This document shows, piece by piece, positions 48,130 through 57,768 of a DNA stretch of 64,000 bases (positions are counted from its first letter, which is position 1; every line of letters starts with the position of its first letter). The notes below the pieces were generated by a model, which worked only from the letters and a program-made list of their open reading frames with translations, was not told where the DNA came from and did not search any database. The stretch is taken from positions 640,001 to 704,000 of the forward strand of contig OZ219801.1 of NCBI GenBank assembly GCA_964291655.2, in the 5' to 3' direction. This stretch comes from Chloroflexota bacterium (GTDB lineage: Bacteria > Chloroflexota > UBA11872 > VXOZ01). The translations under genes and the position numbers were made by a program.

Positions 48130-49260
48130 ATGCCGACTATAGACAGTATCGAAGTCTACTCGTTTACGCTGCCGTTCAAGGGTCTGTTCAAAACGTCACG
48201 GGGGACCGTCGGCAGCGCGGCAGCGGGACGCCCAATCATCTTGACAAAGCTGACCGCAAGTGACGGCACCATCGGCTGGGGGGAGGGATCGCCTTCTCAC
48301 ACCTGGTCGCCGGAGACGCGAGAGTCTGTGATAGGCGTTCTCAAGGACCATTTCGTTCCGGCAGTGATCGGCTTACCGCTGGCGGACTTTGATGGTCTTC
48401 ATCAAGCTATGAACGGCGCGATTGCGCCCCTCTGGGGACTGAGTATGCCGATTGCACGCGCCGCTATCGATGTTGCGGCCCATGACGCGCTGGCGAGGCA
48501 CTATGGTGTGCCATTAATCGACCTCTTCGCGCACCGGCGAGCAGATCGCGTGCGCCTGAGCTGGACGGTGACCGGCAGCACGCCGGCGGAAGTGGAAGAG
48601 AGTCTCAGCGAAGCCGCAGAGCGCGGCTATCGGAGCTGCAACATAAAGGTCGGCGGCACCATGGACTGGGACGTGCAGATGTGCGAACTCGTTAGGAACG
48701 CTTTTCCCGATGGCTTTCTCTGGGCCGACGCCAACGGCGGCTTTCCGCCCCATGAGGCACACCAGCGCATGCATGCCTTGGTTGACGCGGGCGTGGACTT
48801 GCTCGAACAACCGGTAGCGCCGGATAGGCCGGACGTCTCAGCGCAGATTGCCGCAGCATCGCCGATCCCCATTGCGTTAGACGAGTCCATTTCCGGCCCG
48901 GTGCCGCTGTTGACGATGATCAAGCAGAACGCGCTGACTGCCTATACGTTCAAAGTGACACGGACCGGCGGTCTCTGGCCCAACCGCATCTGCGCGTCGC
49001 TCGCCGATGCCGCCGGGTTCATGCTGGTGTGCAGCGGCCTCACCGAGTGCAGTGTGGCATTCGCCGCCAGTGTGCACCTCGCCGCGGCGTGGGGCATCGC
49101 GCACCCCTGCGCCCTCAACGGCCCGCAATTCTTAACCGACGATATTGCGGCCAAGGCGCTGCCCCGGGAGGGCGACGCGGCCCTCCTCACCGACGAACCA
49201 GGACTGGGCATCGAGGTGGACGAGGACAAAGTCCGGCATCTTGCCGCGCAGGAGGCATGA
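48130..49260 (+). CDS. Enolase superfamily (mandelate racemase/muconate cycloisomerase-like) enzyme
   Basis: GWGE, NIKVG, WADANG, EQP, LDES, PGLG; SD AAGGAG. Confidence 0.9.
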   Translation: MPTIDSIEVYSFTLPFKGLFKTSRGTVGSAAAGRPIILTKLTASDGTIGWGEGSPSHTWSPETRESVIGVLKDHFVPAVIGLPLADFDGLHQAMNGAIAPLWGLSMPIARAAIDVAAHDALARHYGVPLIDLFAHRRADRVRLSWTVTGSTPAEVEESLSEAAERGYRSCNIKVGGTMDWDVQMCELVRNAFPDGFLWADANGGFPPHEAHQRMHALVDAGVDLLEQPVAPDRPDVSAQIAAASPIPIALDESISGPVPLLTMIKQNALTAYTFKVTRTGGLWPNRICASLADAAGFMLVCSGLTECSVAFAASVHLAAAWGIAHPCALNGPQFLTDDIAAKALPREGDAALLTDEPGLGIEVDEDKVRHLAAQEA

Positions 49261-50279
49261 CCGCCATGGCAGAGCGCGCTCCCATACGCACTATTCACGT
49301 TGGCGTTGGACGCCGTGGACGGTGGCCGCTGGAAGTGCTTACTGCCGATCCACGTTTTCAGCCTGTAGCCCTCGTCGACGTTTCTGCAGAATTGCTCGTA
49401 GAGACCCGGGCGCTGACGGGTCTGGACGAGGCGGCTTCATTCTCGCAACTCGAAGCGGCACTGGCAGCCGTCCCCGCCGACGCCGTCATCATCTGTACGC
49501 CCACGGCATTTCACGGCCCTTTGGCACGGCAAGCATTTCAGGCCGAGAAGCACGTGCTCGTAGAAAAAGGCATGACGACGAACTGGCAAGATGCCGTCGC
49601 GCTGGTCGCCGAGGCAGAGAGCGCCGACGTGAGATTCTGCGTATCGCAGAACTACCGCTACCGGACGGAAGTGCAGACGCTGAAAGCCGCTGTTGCCAGC
49701 GGCGCTTATGGCACGCCCCACCTCATCGACCTCGTCCATCACCGCTACCGGCCCACGCCCCGCACATTGGACTACCACTTTGCAATGGTATGGGACATGA
49801 GCGTGCACCACCTCGACAATTTGGTCTTCTGCTTTGGGCTGGTTGCCGAAGTCTCGGCCCGCAGTTTCACGGCGCCCTGGTCGCAGTATTCCCACGACGC
49901 GGGCGTCTCCGGCGTGCTCCACTTTGCGAGCGGGGCCGTTGCCACGTACGCCATGTCGCACATTGCCAGTTTCAACGACTACCGCTTTGTCGTGCAATGC
50001 GCTGAGGGAGTGCTCACCTGGGACGGGACAGACTGGCAGTGGCAGGAAGCGCCGCAGGCAGACTTCGGCAAAGCGCAACCGCCGCAGCCCGTGCCGCATG
50101 CACCGGTGCCCGCTCGCAGCGAACAAGGCGTCATCGACGCCTTCTACCAGTACATCGCGAAAGGCGTCGAGCCCGGCATCAGCGGACGCAACAACCTGGA
50201 AGTGCTCCGCGCCTGCGAAATGCTCTGCCGCTCCAGCCAAGAACAGCGCACCGTACGGAGCGATGAAGTGCGCCCATAG
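49257..50279 (+). CDS. Gfo/Idh/MocA family oxidoreductase
   Basis: GVGRRG, TPTAFH, VEK, SQNYRY, DMSVHHLD; ATGA coupling. Confidence 0.88.
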   Translation: MTAMAERAPIRTIHVGVGRRGRWPLEVLTADPRFQPVALVDVSAELLVETRALTGLDEAASFSQLEAALAAVPADAVIICTPTAFHGPLARQAFQAEKHVLVEKGMTTNWQDAVALVAEAESADVRFCVSQNYRYRTEVQTLKAAVASGAYGTPHLIDLVHHRYRPTPRTLDYHFAMVWDMSVHHLDNLVFCFGLVAEVSARSFTAPWSQYSHDAGVSGVLHFASGAVATYAMSHIASFNDYRFVVQCAEGVLTWDGTDWQWQEAPQADFGKAQPPQPVPHAPVPARSEQGVIDAFYQYIAKGVEPGISGRNNLEVLRACEMLCRSSQEQRTVRSDEVRP

Positions 50280-50332
50280 GAGACTTTTGCGTAACCGTAG
50301 CGGAAGCGAGAGAGTTCCCTCTCCCTCAGACG

Positions 50333-50856
50333 GAGACCTTTGCATAACCCCACTTTCAAGCAGGGGCACTCCCTCTCCTGGGGATGTACAGACTGGGCTG
50401 ATAGGTAACAGGTGTTCGGGTTGATAGGTTACACATTGTACTGATTGACACCTTCGGGCGCTTTAGGTTGGGCAGAGAAATAGACGTTCCAGGCACCACG
50501 ACATACTCATGTTCAGTTCGTGAGCTGGTGCCAGGGGAAAAACCGTATCCATAAGGGTATTGAGTTGGTCTAACTTCCATGGCATGGACACTGCATACAA
50601 CGAAAACTCCCATATTCGATGGTGTAACCTATCAACCCGAACATGTGTTACCCATCAACCCGGTCTATACAGGGGAGAGGGTTGGGGTGAGGGGGTCTTT
50701 TGTTACAATGGCCCTTTACGCTGGGCAGTGTCAAGACGTATCAGGGCAGATTCGGTGTGCATATGGAAAGATTCAGGAGATCCACCCTCACCCTAGCCCT
50801 CTCCCGTCGAGGGAGAGGGAACTATTTCGCTACCGCTTGAGTTGCGCAAAGGTCTC
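50333..50856. mobile_element. Nested inverted copy of the same MITE family with 8-bp TSD CTCAGACG
   Basis: TIRs GAGACCTTTGCATAAC / GTTGCGCAAAGGTCTC; TSD at 50325-50332 and 50857-50864. Confidence 0.8.
50385..50671. mobile_element. IS481-like non-autonomous element (287 bp) with TIRs of about 50 bp and 5-bp TSD GGGGA
   Basis: TGT...ACA ends; left TGTACAGACTGGGCTGATAGGTAACAGGTGTTCGGGTTGATAGGTTACAC versus reverse-complemented right TGTATAGACCGGGTTGATGGGTAACACATGTTCGGGTTGATAGGTTACAC. Confidence 0.85.
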
Positions 50857-51059
50857 CTCAGACGGGAGAGGGAGTGCCCCTGTCTGTAGGTGGGGTCATG
50901 CAAGGGTCTCCATAGGCTCATTGACCTCTTGGATGCATAAATGGATCTGGGGAATGTCGCAGGCCTGCCCCGTGTCAATGTTCACAAAGAATTCACATTC
51001 TAGGCCTAGAATGTCGACGAAGCAATCGCCGAATATGAGGAGAAGTGTCAGCACATATC

Positions 51060-51716
51060 ATGAAGACTCGCTTGCTTGTGTGCCTAGCCGGACTTGCCAT
51101 GCTTGTTTCCTGCGCGTCCCAAACTGAGTTTCAGTCCGAAGTGACCATCACACGCGCGGCACAACCAACGGAAGTGCCGACACCTGCGACACTACCATCG
51201 GCGGTGCCGACGCCTGCGGCACAAGCTACGGAAGTGCCGACGCCTGCGGCACAACCGGCTGTCCCAACGCCCTCCGCCGAAAGTCTCATCATGCTGCAAG
51301 ACCCGCTCGACGAGCCGGAGTTCTATTGCGTCGACGTCGCGGGTTTTGGCAGCAATCTGAATCTGAACGCTCCGCTCCAAGCCCACACGTGCAAGCCCGG
51401 CGCCGACGATGAACTTTTCATTTTCAACCATCCCGCACCGGGCCAATTCTATATGAATGCCTACGACGTGTGCCTGGAGGCGGGCGAAGGAATGCTGTAC
51501 GTGAAAACATGTTCGGACTCTCAGAGTCAGCGATTCGTGTTCGGAAGCGATGGGAACATCAACCCGCAAGATTCGAGTCTCTGCCTTGCGGTCCAGACTG
51601 GCGAGGGACAGCCCGCCGGAGGCAGATCTCACGTGCGCCGCGATCTTTTGCTGCAAGCCTGCGCAGACGTTGAGGACAGTCACGCCCGCTGGGCGCTACC
51701 GGGTCCAAGACCGTAA
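51060..51716 (+). CDS. Lipoprotein with Pro/Thr repeat stalk and ricin-B-type lectin-like domain
   Basis: Lipobox LVSC; AQPTEVPTPA repeats; CVDV, CLEA, C...SQRF, CLAV, terminal RW. Confidence 0.75.
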   Translation: MKTRLLVCLAGLAMLVSCASQTEFQSEVTITRAAQPTEVPTPATLPSAVPTPAAQATEVPTPAAQPAVPTPSAESLIMLQDPLDEPEFYCVDVAGFGSNLNLNAPLQAHTCKPGADDELFIFNHPAPGQFYMNAYDVCLEAGEGMLYVKTCSDSQSQRFVFGSDGNINPQDSSLCLAVQTGEGQPAGGRSHVRRDLLLQACADVEDSHARWALPGPRP

Positions 51717-51812
51717 TCGCTACCTGCTGTTGCATTGTTTTCCCAGGATGTGTCCACAAAATCACCGGTGTGGTGAAGAGTGCGCCGATTCGGTGATAAG
51801 AGCGTCAATTGT

Positions 51813-51842
51813 TTGACACCCTCCTTAGCCGCCTGCTATCAT
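51813..51842 (+). promoter_or_regulatory. Promoter of the aroF operon (TTGACA-18-TATCAT, TG-extended)
   Basis: Near-consensus hexamers. Confidence 0.65.
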
Positions 51843-51898
51843 GCCTCAGTACTTGCGGCGTGCCTAGCACGCTTGGCAGACGAGAAAAGGTAATTCGG

Positions 51899-51958
51899 GT
51901 GTTGGTCGCAGTCCACAACTATTATTATCTGTTTACTAAGCCGGAGGGTCCGGCTTAA
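51899..51958 (+). CDS. Putative aromatic amino acid attenuation leader peptide MLVAVHNYYYLFTKPEGPA
   Basis: GTG start after GAAAAGG; TAT TAT TAT CTG TTT; between the promoter and a terminator upstream of DAHP synthase. Confidence 0.75.
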   Translation: MLVAVHNYYYLFTKPEGPA

Positions 51959-52014
51959 GCAGGTACGCTTTGTCCCAGTGGACAAAGCGAGGACAGGCGG
52001 CACCCTCCGGCGAT

Positions 52015-52048
52015 AGCAGAAAGTGAAAAACTTTCTGCTTTTTCTTTT
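52015..52048 (+). terminator. Attenuator terminator upstream of aroF
   Basis: AGCAGAAAG/CTTTCTGCT stem followed by TTTTCTTTT. Confidence 0.75.
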
Positions 52049-52192
52049 ATTGATAGGAGCGAGTGCTACCGAGAACTCTACTGATCGTGCACAACCGACA
52101 GCTGAATTGGCAAGATCACCGTACAACAGACGCCGCCTCACTTAACGGAGGCGCAACACACCACAGAGGAAAGGCATCAAGGGTAGAAGGTC

Positions 52193-53242
52193 ATGATAGT
52201 CATAATGCGGACCGACGCCACTCAGGAGCAGATTGACGCCGTGCGACAGCGTATTGAAGATGGCGGCGTGGAGTCGACCATCAGCCAAGGTGTAAACAAG
52301 ACAGTAATTGGACTCATCGGCAAGCGGCCTCCCGGCATGATGGAGCAGGTACAAGTGCTGCCGGGTGTTGAAATGGTCATCCCCGTCGACAAGCCGTACA
52401 AGTTTGCTGCACGCGGCGAGGGCGGCGGCGATACCCACATTCGCGTCGGCAACGTGACCATTGGCGGCAATGAAATCGGCATCATCGGCGGTCCCTGCAG
52501 CGTGGAGAGCGAAGAGCAGATCATTGCTACCGCGCAGGCCGTGAAAGAAGCAGGCGGACACATTCTGCGCGGCGGCGCCTTCAAACCGCGCACGTCGCCC
52601 TACAGCTTCCAGGGCATGGGTGGTGAAGGACTCAAGCTGCTGCGCACTGCCGCAGACGCTACGGGACTGCCTCTTATCACCGAGGTCATGGATCCCCGCC
52701 GGGTCTCACTGGTTGCCGAACACGTCGATATCATGCAGATTGGCGCCCGCAACATGCAGAACTTCACGCTCTTGCAAGAGGTAGGCAACACCGACAAGCC
52801 GGTAATGCTCAAGCGCGGCATGGCGGCAAGCATTGAAGACCTGCTTATGTCCGCGGAATACATCATGGCCGCCGGCAATATGCGCGTGATCCTGTGCGAG
52901 CGGGGCATCCGGACCTTTGAAACGGCTACCCGCAACACGCTCGACCTGAGCGCAATCCCCGTCCTCAAGGCAGAATCGCACCTGCCCGTCGTCATCGACC
53001 CCAGCCACGCCACGGGCAAGTGGGAGTTGGTGAAGCCAATGGCGCTCGCTGCGGTAGCCGCCGGTGCTGACGGCGTGATGATCGAAGTGCATCCCAATCC
53101 TGAACTCGCGCTCTCAGACGGCCCGCAGAGCGTCACGCCGGCGCGCTTTTTCGACATCATGGATGCCATTCGCAAAGTGGCGGCCGCAGTTGGGCGGGAA
53201 GTCCCTGCTGCCACAGCCGAGTTGGAAGCCGCCACCACGTAG
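52193..53242 (+). CDS. aroF: DAHP synthase class I-beta with N-terminal regulatory domain
   Basis: [41 protein letters not shown]. Confidence 0.95.
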   Translation: MIVIMRTDATQEQIDAVRQRIEDGGVESTISQGVNKTVIGLIGKRPPGMMEQVQVLPGVEMVIPVDKPYKFAARGEGGGDTHIRVGNVTIGGNEIGIIGGPCSVESEEQIIATAQAVKEAGGHILRGGAFKPRTSPYSFQGMGGEGLKLLRTAADATGLPLITEVMDPRRVSLVAEHVDIMQIGARNMQNFTLLQEVGNTDKPVMLKRGMAASIEDLLMSAEYIMAAGNMRVILCERGIRTFETATRNTLDLSAIPVLKAESHLPVVIDPSHATGKWELVKPMALAAVAAGADGVMIEVHPNPELALSDGPQSVTPARFFDIMDAIRKVAAAVGREVPAATAELEAATT

Positions 53243-53275
53243 CCAAGACATGACTGTTTACATGGGAAGAAATAC

Positions 53276-53824
53276 GTGAATGCCTGGGTGCAGATAATAG
53301 CGGAGGACGAGGCGGAGGGTCAGTTACGCGCGGTCTACCAGGAGCTACTCGGTGAAGGTCGGCGGAGCAGTGTGCCCGATTTCTTGCGCTTGCATAGTCT
53401 CGTGCCCCGCGCGATTGTTCCGCTCGCCCAGTTGCACCGGGCCATCGCTTACGGGCCAGGCGAGTTGTCGCGGACTCAGCGCGAGTTAATTGCCACGGTA
53501 GTTTCAGTCATCAACGGCTGCGGCCTTTGCCAAGAACTGCATAGCCGCCTGTTGCTCCACCGCACCCGGGATGAAACGCTTGTGAAGCAAGTCCAATGCG
53601 ATTTCCGCACAGCCCCCCTCTCCGCTGTGGACCGCGCGATGCTGGAGTACACAGCGAAACTCACCACCGCTCCTGCTGCCGTTGCGCGTGAGGACATAGA
53701 ACAATTGCGTCAACTTGGATTGAGTGATGCTGCCATCGTCGCAATCGCCACGCAAACCGCTCTCTTCAACTATCTTAACCGCGTCATTCAAGGCCTCGGT
53801 CTGGGAGAGACCGACGCACCATGA
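53276..53824 (+). CDS. AhpD/carboxymuconolactone decarboxylase-like peroxidase-related protein
   Basis: RELIATVVS..NGCGLC..LH, FNYLNR..GLG. Confidence 0.85.
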   Translation: MNAWVQIIAEDEAEGQLRAVYQELLGEGRRSSVPDFLRLHSLVPRAIVPLAQLHRAIAYGPGELSRTQRELIATVVSVINGCGLCQELHSRLLLHRTRDETLVKQVQCDFRTAPLSAVDRAMLEYTAKLTTAPAAVAREDIEQLRQLGLSDAAIVAIATQTALFNYLNRVIQGLGLGETDAP

Positions 53825-55116
53825 AGCGAATCCAACCCATCAATCACCCCGTGAACGCCACCGTTACCCTACCGGGATCCAAGAGCTATACCAACCGGGC
53901 GCTCATCATCGCTGCTTTGGCTGAAGGCACATCAACGTTACGCCAGGCGCTGTTTAGTGACGACACCGTGTACATGGCAGATGCGCTCCGGCAGCTTGGA
54001 ATTCCTGTGTGGGCAAACGAATCCGACAATTCGTTCGTAGTCGAAGGGAAAGGCGGCTCTATTCCCGCCAGCGAAGCGGACCTCTTCGTCGGATTATCCG
54101 GCACAAGCGCGCGCTTTCTTACGGCGCTCGCCGCACTGGGCCACGGCCGTTACGGTGTGGATGGCGTCCCGCGCATGCGCGAACGCCCTATGCAACCGTT
54201 GCTTGACAGCATTCTCCAGCTAGGCGGCAGGATCCGGTCTGAGACCGGGAATGGCTGCCTGCCCATCGCCATCGATGGGCGGGGGCTGCGCGGCGGCAGC
54301 GCTTCTATGGCCGGCGACCAGAGCAGCCAGTACTTCAGCGCTCTCCTTATGGTCGCGCCATACATGACAAATGGGCTCGACCTCGCCGTGAACGGCCGCC
54401 TCGTCCACGGTCAGTATGTCACTATGACGATGAGGAGCATGGCGGAATTTGGGGTTGCGGCGACACATGAGGGAGAGCAGCGCTTTCGCGTTGCACCCGG
54501 GCAGCACTATCAAGCTCGCGCGTACGACATAGAGCCGGACGCCTCCGCCGCATCCTATTTCTTTGCGGCTGCGGCGCTTTCGGGCGGCACGGTCCGCGTA
54601 GAAAACCTCGGCGCCGACTCCGCCCAAGGAGATTTAGAATTCGTTGACGTGCTCGCTGCCATGGGTTGCGAGGTCGAAAAGAGCGCCGATTACGTGAGCG
54701 TCACAGGTCCCGGCAATCTACAGGGCGTTGACGTAGACATGGGTTCCCTGTCCGACACCTTCATGACTCTGGCCGCCCTTGCGCCATTTGCCGATGGGCC
54801 AACCGTCATTCGCGGAATTGCGCACACCCGCTTGCAAGAAACCGACCGTGTACACGCCACCGCGCAAGAGTTGCACAAGCTGGGAGTTGCCGTTGATGAG
54901 TTTAACGACGGCTTGCGGATCAAGCCGGGCGCTGTGCACGGCGCCATCATAGATCCCCACGACGACCATCGCATTGCGATGAGCTTTGCGCTGGTCGGCC
55001 TGCGGCAGCCCGGTGTTGTAATCGGCAATCCAGAATGCGTGGCAAAGACGTTTCCAGACTATTTCGACTGCCTAGAGACAGCGGTTCGCCCAGCCCAGCG
55101 CTCTGCGCCAATCTGA
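53821..55116 (+). CDS. aroA: 3-phosphoshikimate 1-carboxyvinyltransferase
   Basis: PGSKSYTNR, RERPM, SSQY, EPDAS, QETDR, DDHRIAM, KTFP. Confidence 0.96.
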   Translation: MKRIQPINHPVNATVTLPGSKSYTNRALIIAALAEGTSTLRQALFSDDTVYMADALRQLGIPVWANESDNSFVVEGKGGSIPASEADLFVGLSGTSARFLTALAALGHGRYGVDGVPRMRERPMQPLLDSILQLGGRIRSETGNGCLPIAIDGRGLRGGSASMAGDQSSQYFSALLMVAPYMTNGLDLAVNGRLVHGQYVTMTMRSMAEFGVAATHEGEQRFRVAPGQHYQARAYDIEPDASAASYFFAAAALSGGTVRVENLGADSAQGDLEFVDVLAAMGCEVEKSADYVSVTGPGNLQGVDVDMGSLSDTFMTLAALAPFADGPTVIRGIAHTRLQETDRVHATAQELHKLGVAVDEFNDGLRIKPGAVHGAIIDPHDDHRIAMSFALVGLRQPGVVIGNPECVAKTFPDYFDCLETAVRPAQRSAPI

Positions 55117-55491
55117 TCGGCCGCGCTCAGCAATCGCTTGCAGCAAGCCTGGATTGCAGCCTATCCCCATCTGGATGGAACGCGAGTGCTCGCTTTCGCT
55201 ACTATATCCGGCGCCAAAGGCACAGATTTTCCCCCAAGAATGCTCTACGGCAAGCTTTGCCCTAGTCCCGGCCAGCCCTTGAGTGGAATATCGGCCGCAA
55301 GGCTCTCATAGAGTCCCCGCTCCCGGGTTTCACAGTTGCCTCTCCATGGGGCTCATCTTGCGTAAGAGCGACACGGCAACGGCATCCAGAATCCAACTCC
55401 GAAAGATTTCACCGCGCCGAGACCATCCAGCCTGCATAGCGGATTCTTGCTTGGTTGCTACAGCGCTCTACGCCCTGCTACTATCGCTACT

Positions 55492-57768
55492 ATGAGCCGC
55501 TTTCTTTCCACCCTTGCGACACCTCTCGCGGGCTTCCAACCGTCCTTGGAAGACGCACCGAAGCACTCGCCACGCTTGATTGGTGTAATCTTTCTGTTCT
55601 TCTTCTTGCTGTACACCCTAACCGGCGGCGGTCATGTTTACAGCCCAGAGGGGGAACATGCATACGCCATCAGCCACAGCCTCCTCTTGGACCCGGAACG
55701 CGAAGGCCTGCAGCAAGACTATCGCGAACTCGCATCGTGGGAGTTGGGGCTACCGGTCTTGATGCAACCCACCTTGCTCCTAGGCGCCATCATCGATCCT
55801 TTGCTGCCCCAGAGAGATGCATTTGGGCATCAGGGAAACACGTATGTGCTGGGAGAGTATCCGGTACTTGCACGACGAGGCACGCCCAATACTCGCGATA
55901 CACTCCATATACCCCTTGAAGACACACGAGCCAGGGCGCTCGTAATCTTTTCCAATTTGGAATCATCTCAAGAGATCAAGGAAGGTACGCGTATCGCCAC
56001 GATTACGTTTGACACCGTCCCCGTAGGTAGATTCTTTGGAGAGGTGAAGGCCGGGCGAGACACTGCAGAGGCAGCATACGACCTTTCTGTCATTCAAGGA
56101 GGAGTGGCGCATGGCAAGGCAGAGACTGTGGCTCGTCGCATTGGCATGCCCAGGTCCAACATCTACGTCTCAGAGCTGCAGTTTACACAGCGCTTGACCG
56201 TAAAGAGCATCACCATCCAGTACCACGCACAAGAAGGCACGTTGCACATATCTTCTCTTAACCTCATAGACGCCGAGACTGACGAACCTATACTGATCGG
56301 CTCCACTGGAAGAGTATGGTCCGAGCAGGAAAACAGTGACTATTTCAAGCGCTTGTTTGCGCTCTTTACCAACGCCTGGGTAACCGCCCTCAGTGCGGTG
56401 CTCATGTATCTCATTACGCGACGCCTAGGATACCACAGCCAGGTCGCCCTTGCCTTGACGTTGCTCTTTGGACTAGCCACGCTTGCGTGGCCGTACGCCA
56501 AGTATGACTATGCTGAACCGGGAATAGCACTCGCTCTCTTGGGTACGGTCTATTTCCTGCTGCGGGGTGTCCAAGACCGTCAATTGGGTTGGGTTCTTGT
56601 CAGCGGACTCATCATTGTGTGCGGCATTGCCATCAAGTTTGTTACGGCGATCAATCTGGCTGTCCTTGTTCCGCTGCCAGCACTCGTTTCATTCCAGGGC
56701 TCCCGCCAACTCCTGCGATCCCTCGCTTGGGCTCTCGTTCGCACTCTCGTATTCCTGGCCCCGATAGGCCTAGTTGGCCTCGTGGCACTCGTCGCGTTTG
56801 TGTCTGCATCGGACCTGGAGTCTTTTGTGCCTACCGACTTGACCGAGAGACTTTCCACCGGGCTCGACCTGCCGACATGGATTGGTCTGTATGGCAACCT
56901 GTTAAGTCCGGGGAAGAGCGTCCTGCTCTATGCGCCACCCCTCATTCTTGCCCTCTTTGGGAGTCTGCCGTTCATATCGCGACACAAGTGGTGGTCGCTT
57001 CCATTCGCGTGCATACCCCTGATCTACCTGCTCATCTATAGCAGTGTCGGAGACTGGTATGGCGGGAGTACCTGGGGACCGCGGTACCTGGTTCCTGCCG
57101 TACCTCTGCTGCTGGTGATGGCTGCGCCAATTCTAGAGAAAGCGCTATTTGATAATGGCGTGAGAGAATTGCGGGCCGTCGTGGTTCTCGGCGCTGTAGG
57201 AATCGGTATGCAACTCCTCGCCGTCGCCAATAACTTCGAGCGGTATTTCAGCCTGCTGCGTTCCCAGGTCTTGCCGCAGATTCCGGAGAGCGGCGCGTTT
57301 CTGGCCGGACGTGTAGGACAAGCATATTACGCCCACCCTACGAACTTGCCAGCCGAGAAGGAGAGTGTCCTCTATCTTTTTGCGACACCATTTTCGCCCA
57401 TATTCGCCCACATCTGGATTCTGGCGGCAGACACAGTAGACCTTTTCCTGATTTCAAGCCCCGAGATCCTGCGAGCCGTGCTAAGTCGTCCTCCATGGAC
57501 TTTGCTGGGGGTGGCAATTTGGCCTCAGCACCCCGAAGAGGTGCTGGGTTTGGACTTCTGGTCGATGACATTGTGGCGGGACTTTACCAACCACGCCATC
57601 CTTCTCGCGTTCATCTTGATTTTCGTATTGGCCTGCCAGGCCGCAACCCTCTACTGCTGGACGTGGCTAAGCCAGCGTTTCGAGCTAAGCATGCGGCTCT
57701 ATTGGGGTGGAATTATCGGCCTTGCGACATTCTTTATCCTGTTCGATGTGTCCCACATACTTCAGTAG
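55492..57768 (+). CDS. Polytopic membrane protein, GT-C (PMT/ArnT-like) glycosyltransferase-like, with an extracytoplasmic insert
   Basis: Many TM helices; GLAT.AWPYAK..Y.EP, LLSPGKS..LYAP, W.GG..WGPRYL.P. Confidence 0.65.
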   Translation: MSRFLSTLATPLAGFQPSLEDAPKHSPRLIGVIFLFFFLLYTLTGGGHVYSPEGEHAYAISHSLLLDPEREGLQQDYRELASWELGLPVLMQPTLLLGAIIDPLLPQRDAFGHQGNTYVLGEYPVLARRGTPNTRDTLHIPLEDTRARALVIFSNLESSQEIKEGTRIATITFDTVPVGRFFGEVKAGRDTAEAAYDLSVIQGGVAHGKAETVARRIGMPRSNIYVSELQFTQRLTVKSITIQYHAQEGTLHISSLNLIDAETDEPILIGSTGRVWSEQENSDYFKRLFALFTNAWVTALSAVLMYLITRRLGYHSQVALALTLLFGLATLAWPYAKYDYAEPGIALALLGTVYFLLRGVQDRQLGWVLVSGLIIVCGIAIKFVTAINLAVLVPLPALVSFQGSRQLLRSLAWALVRTLVFLAPIGLVGLVALVAFVSASDLESFVPTDLTERLSTGLDLPTWIGLYGNLLSPGKSVLLYAPPLILALFGSLPFISRHKWWSLPFACIPLIYLLIYSSVGDWYGGSTWGPRYLVPAVPLLLVMAAPILEKALFDNGVRELRAVVVLGAVGIGMQLLAVANNFERYFSLLRSQVLPQIPESGAFLAGRVGQAYYAHPTNLPAEKESVLYLFATPFSPIFAHIWILAADTVDLFLISSPEILRAVLSRPPWTLLGVAIWPQHPEEVLGLDFWSMTLWRDFTNHAILLAFILIFVLACQAATLYCWTWLSQRFELSMRLYWGGIIGLATFFILFDVSHILQ

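Larger units (their letters stand above)
50280..50910. mobile_element. Outer MITE (GAGAC-type TIRs) with 5-bp TSD CATAG
   Basis: TIRs GAGACTTTTGCGTAAC / GTCATGCAAGGGTCTC; CATAG at 50275-50279 and 50911-50915. Confidence 0.75.

Noticed and set aside
50356-51127. ORFs within the nested repeat region as transposase remnants
   Set aside because: No DDE or HTH motifs recognisable; they appear to be translations of repeats
51843-52192. T-box riboswitch upstream of aroF
   Set aside because: No T-box consensus (GGTGGnACC) seen; the leader-peptide model fits better
53276-53824. AhpD-like protein as a selenoprotein
   Set aside because: The CxxC motif uses TGC codons with no internal TGA
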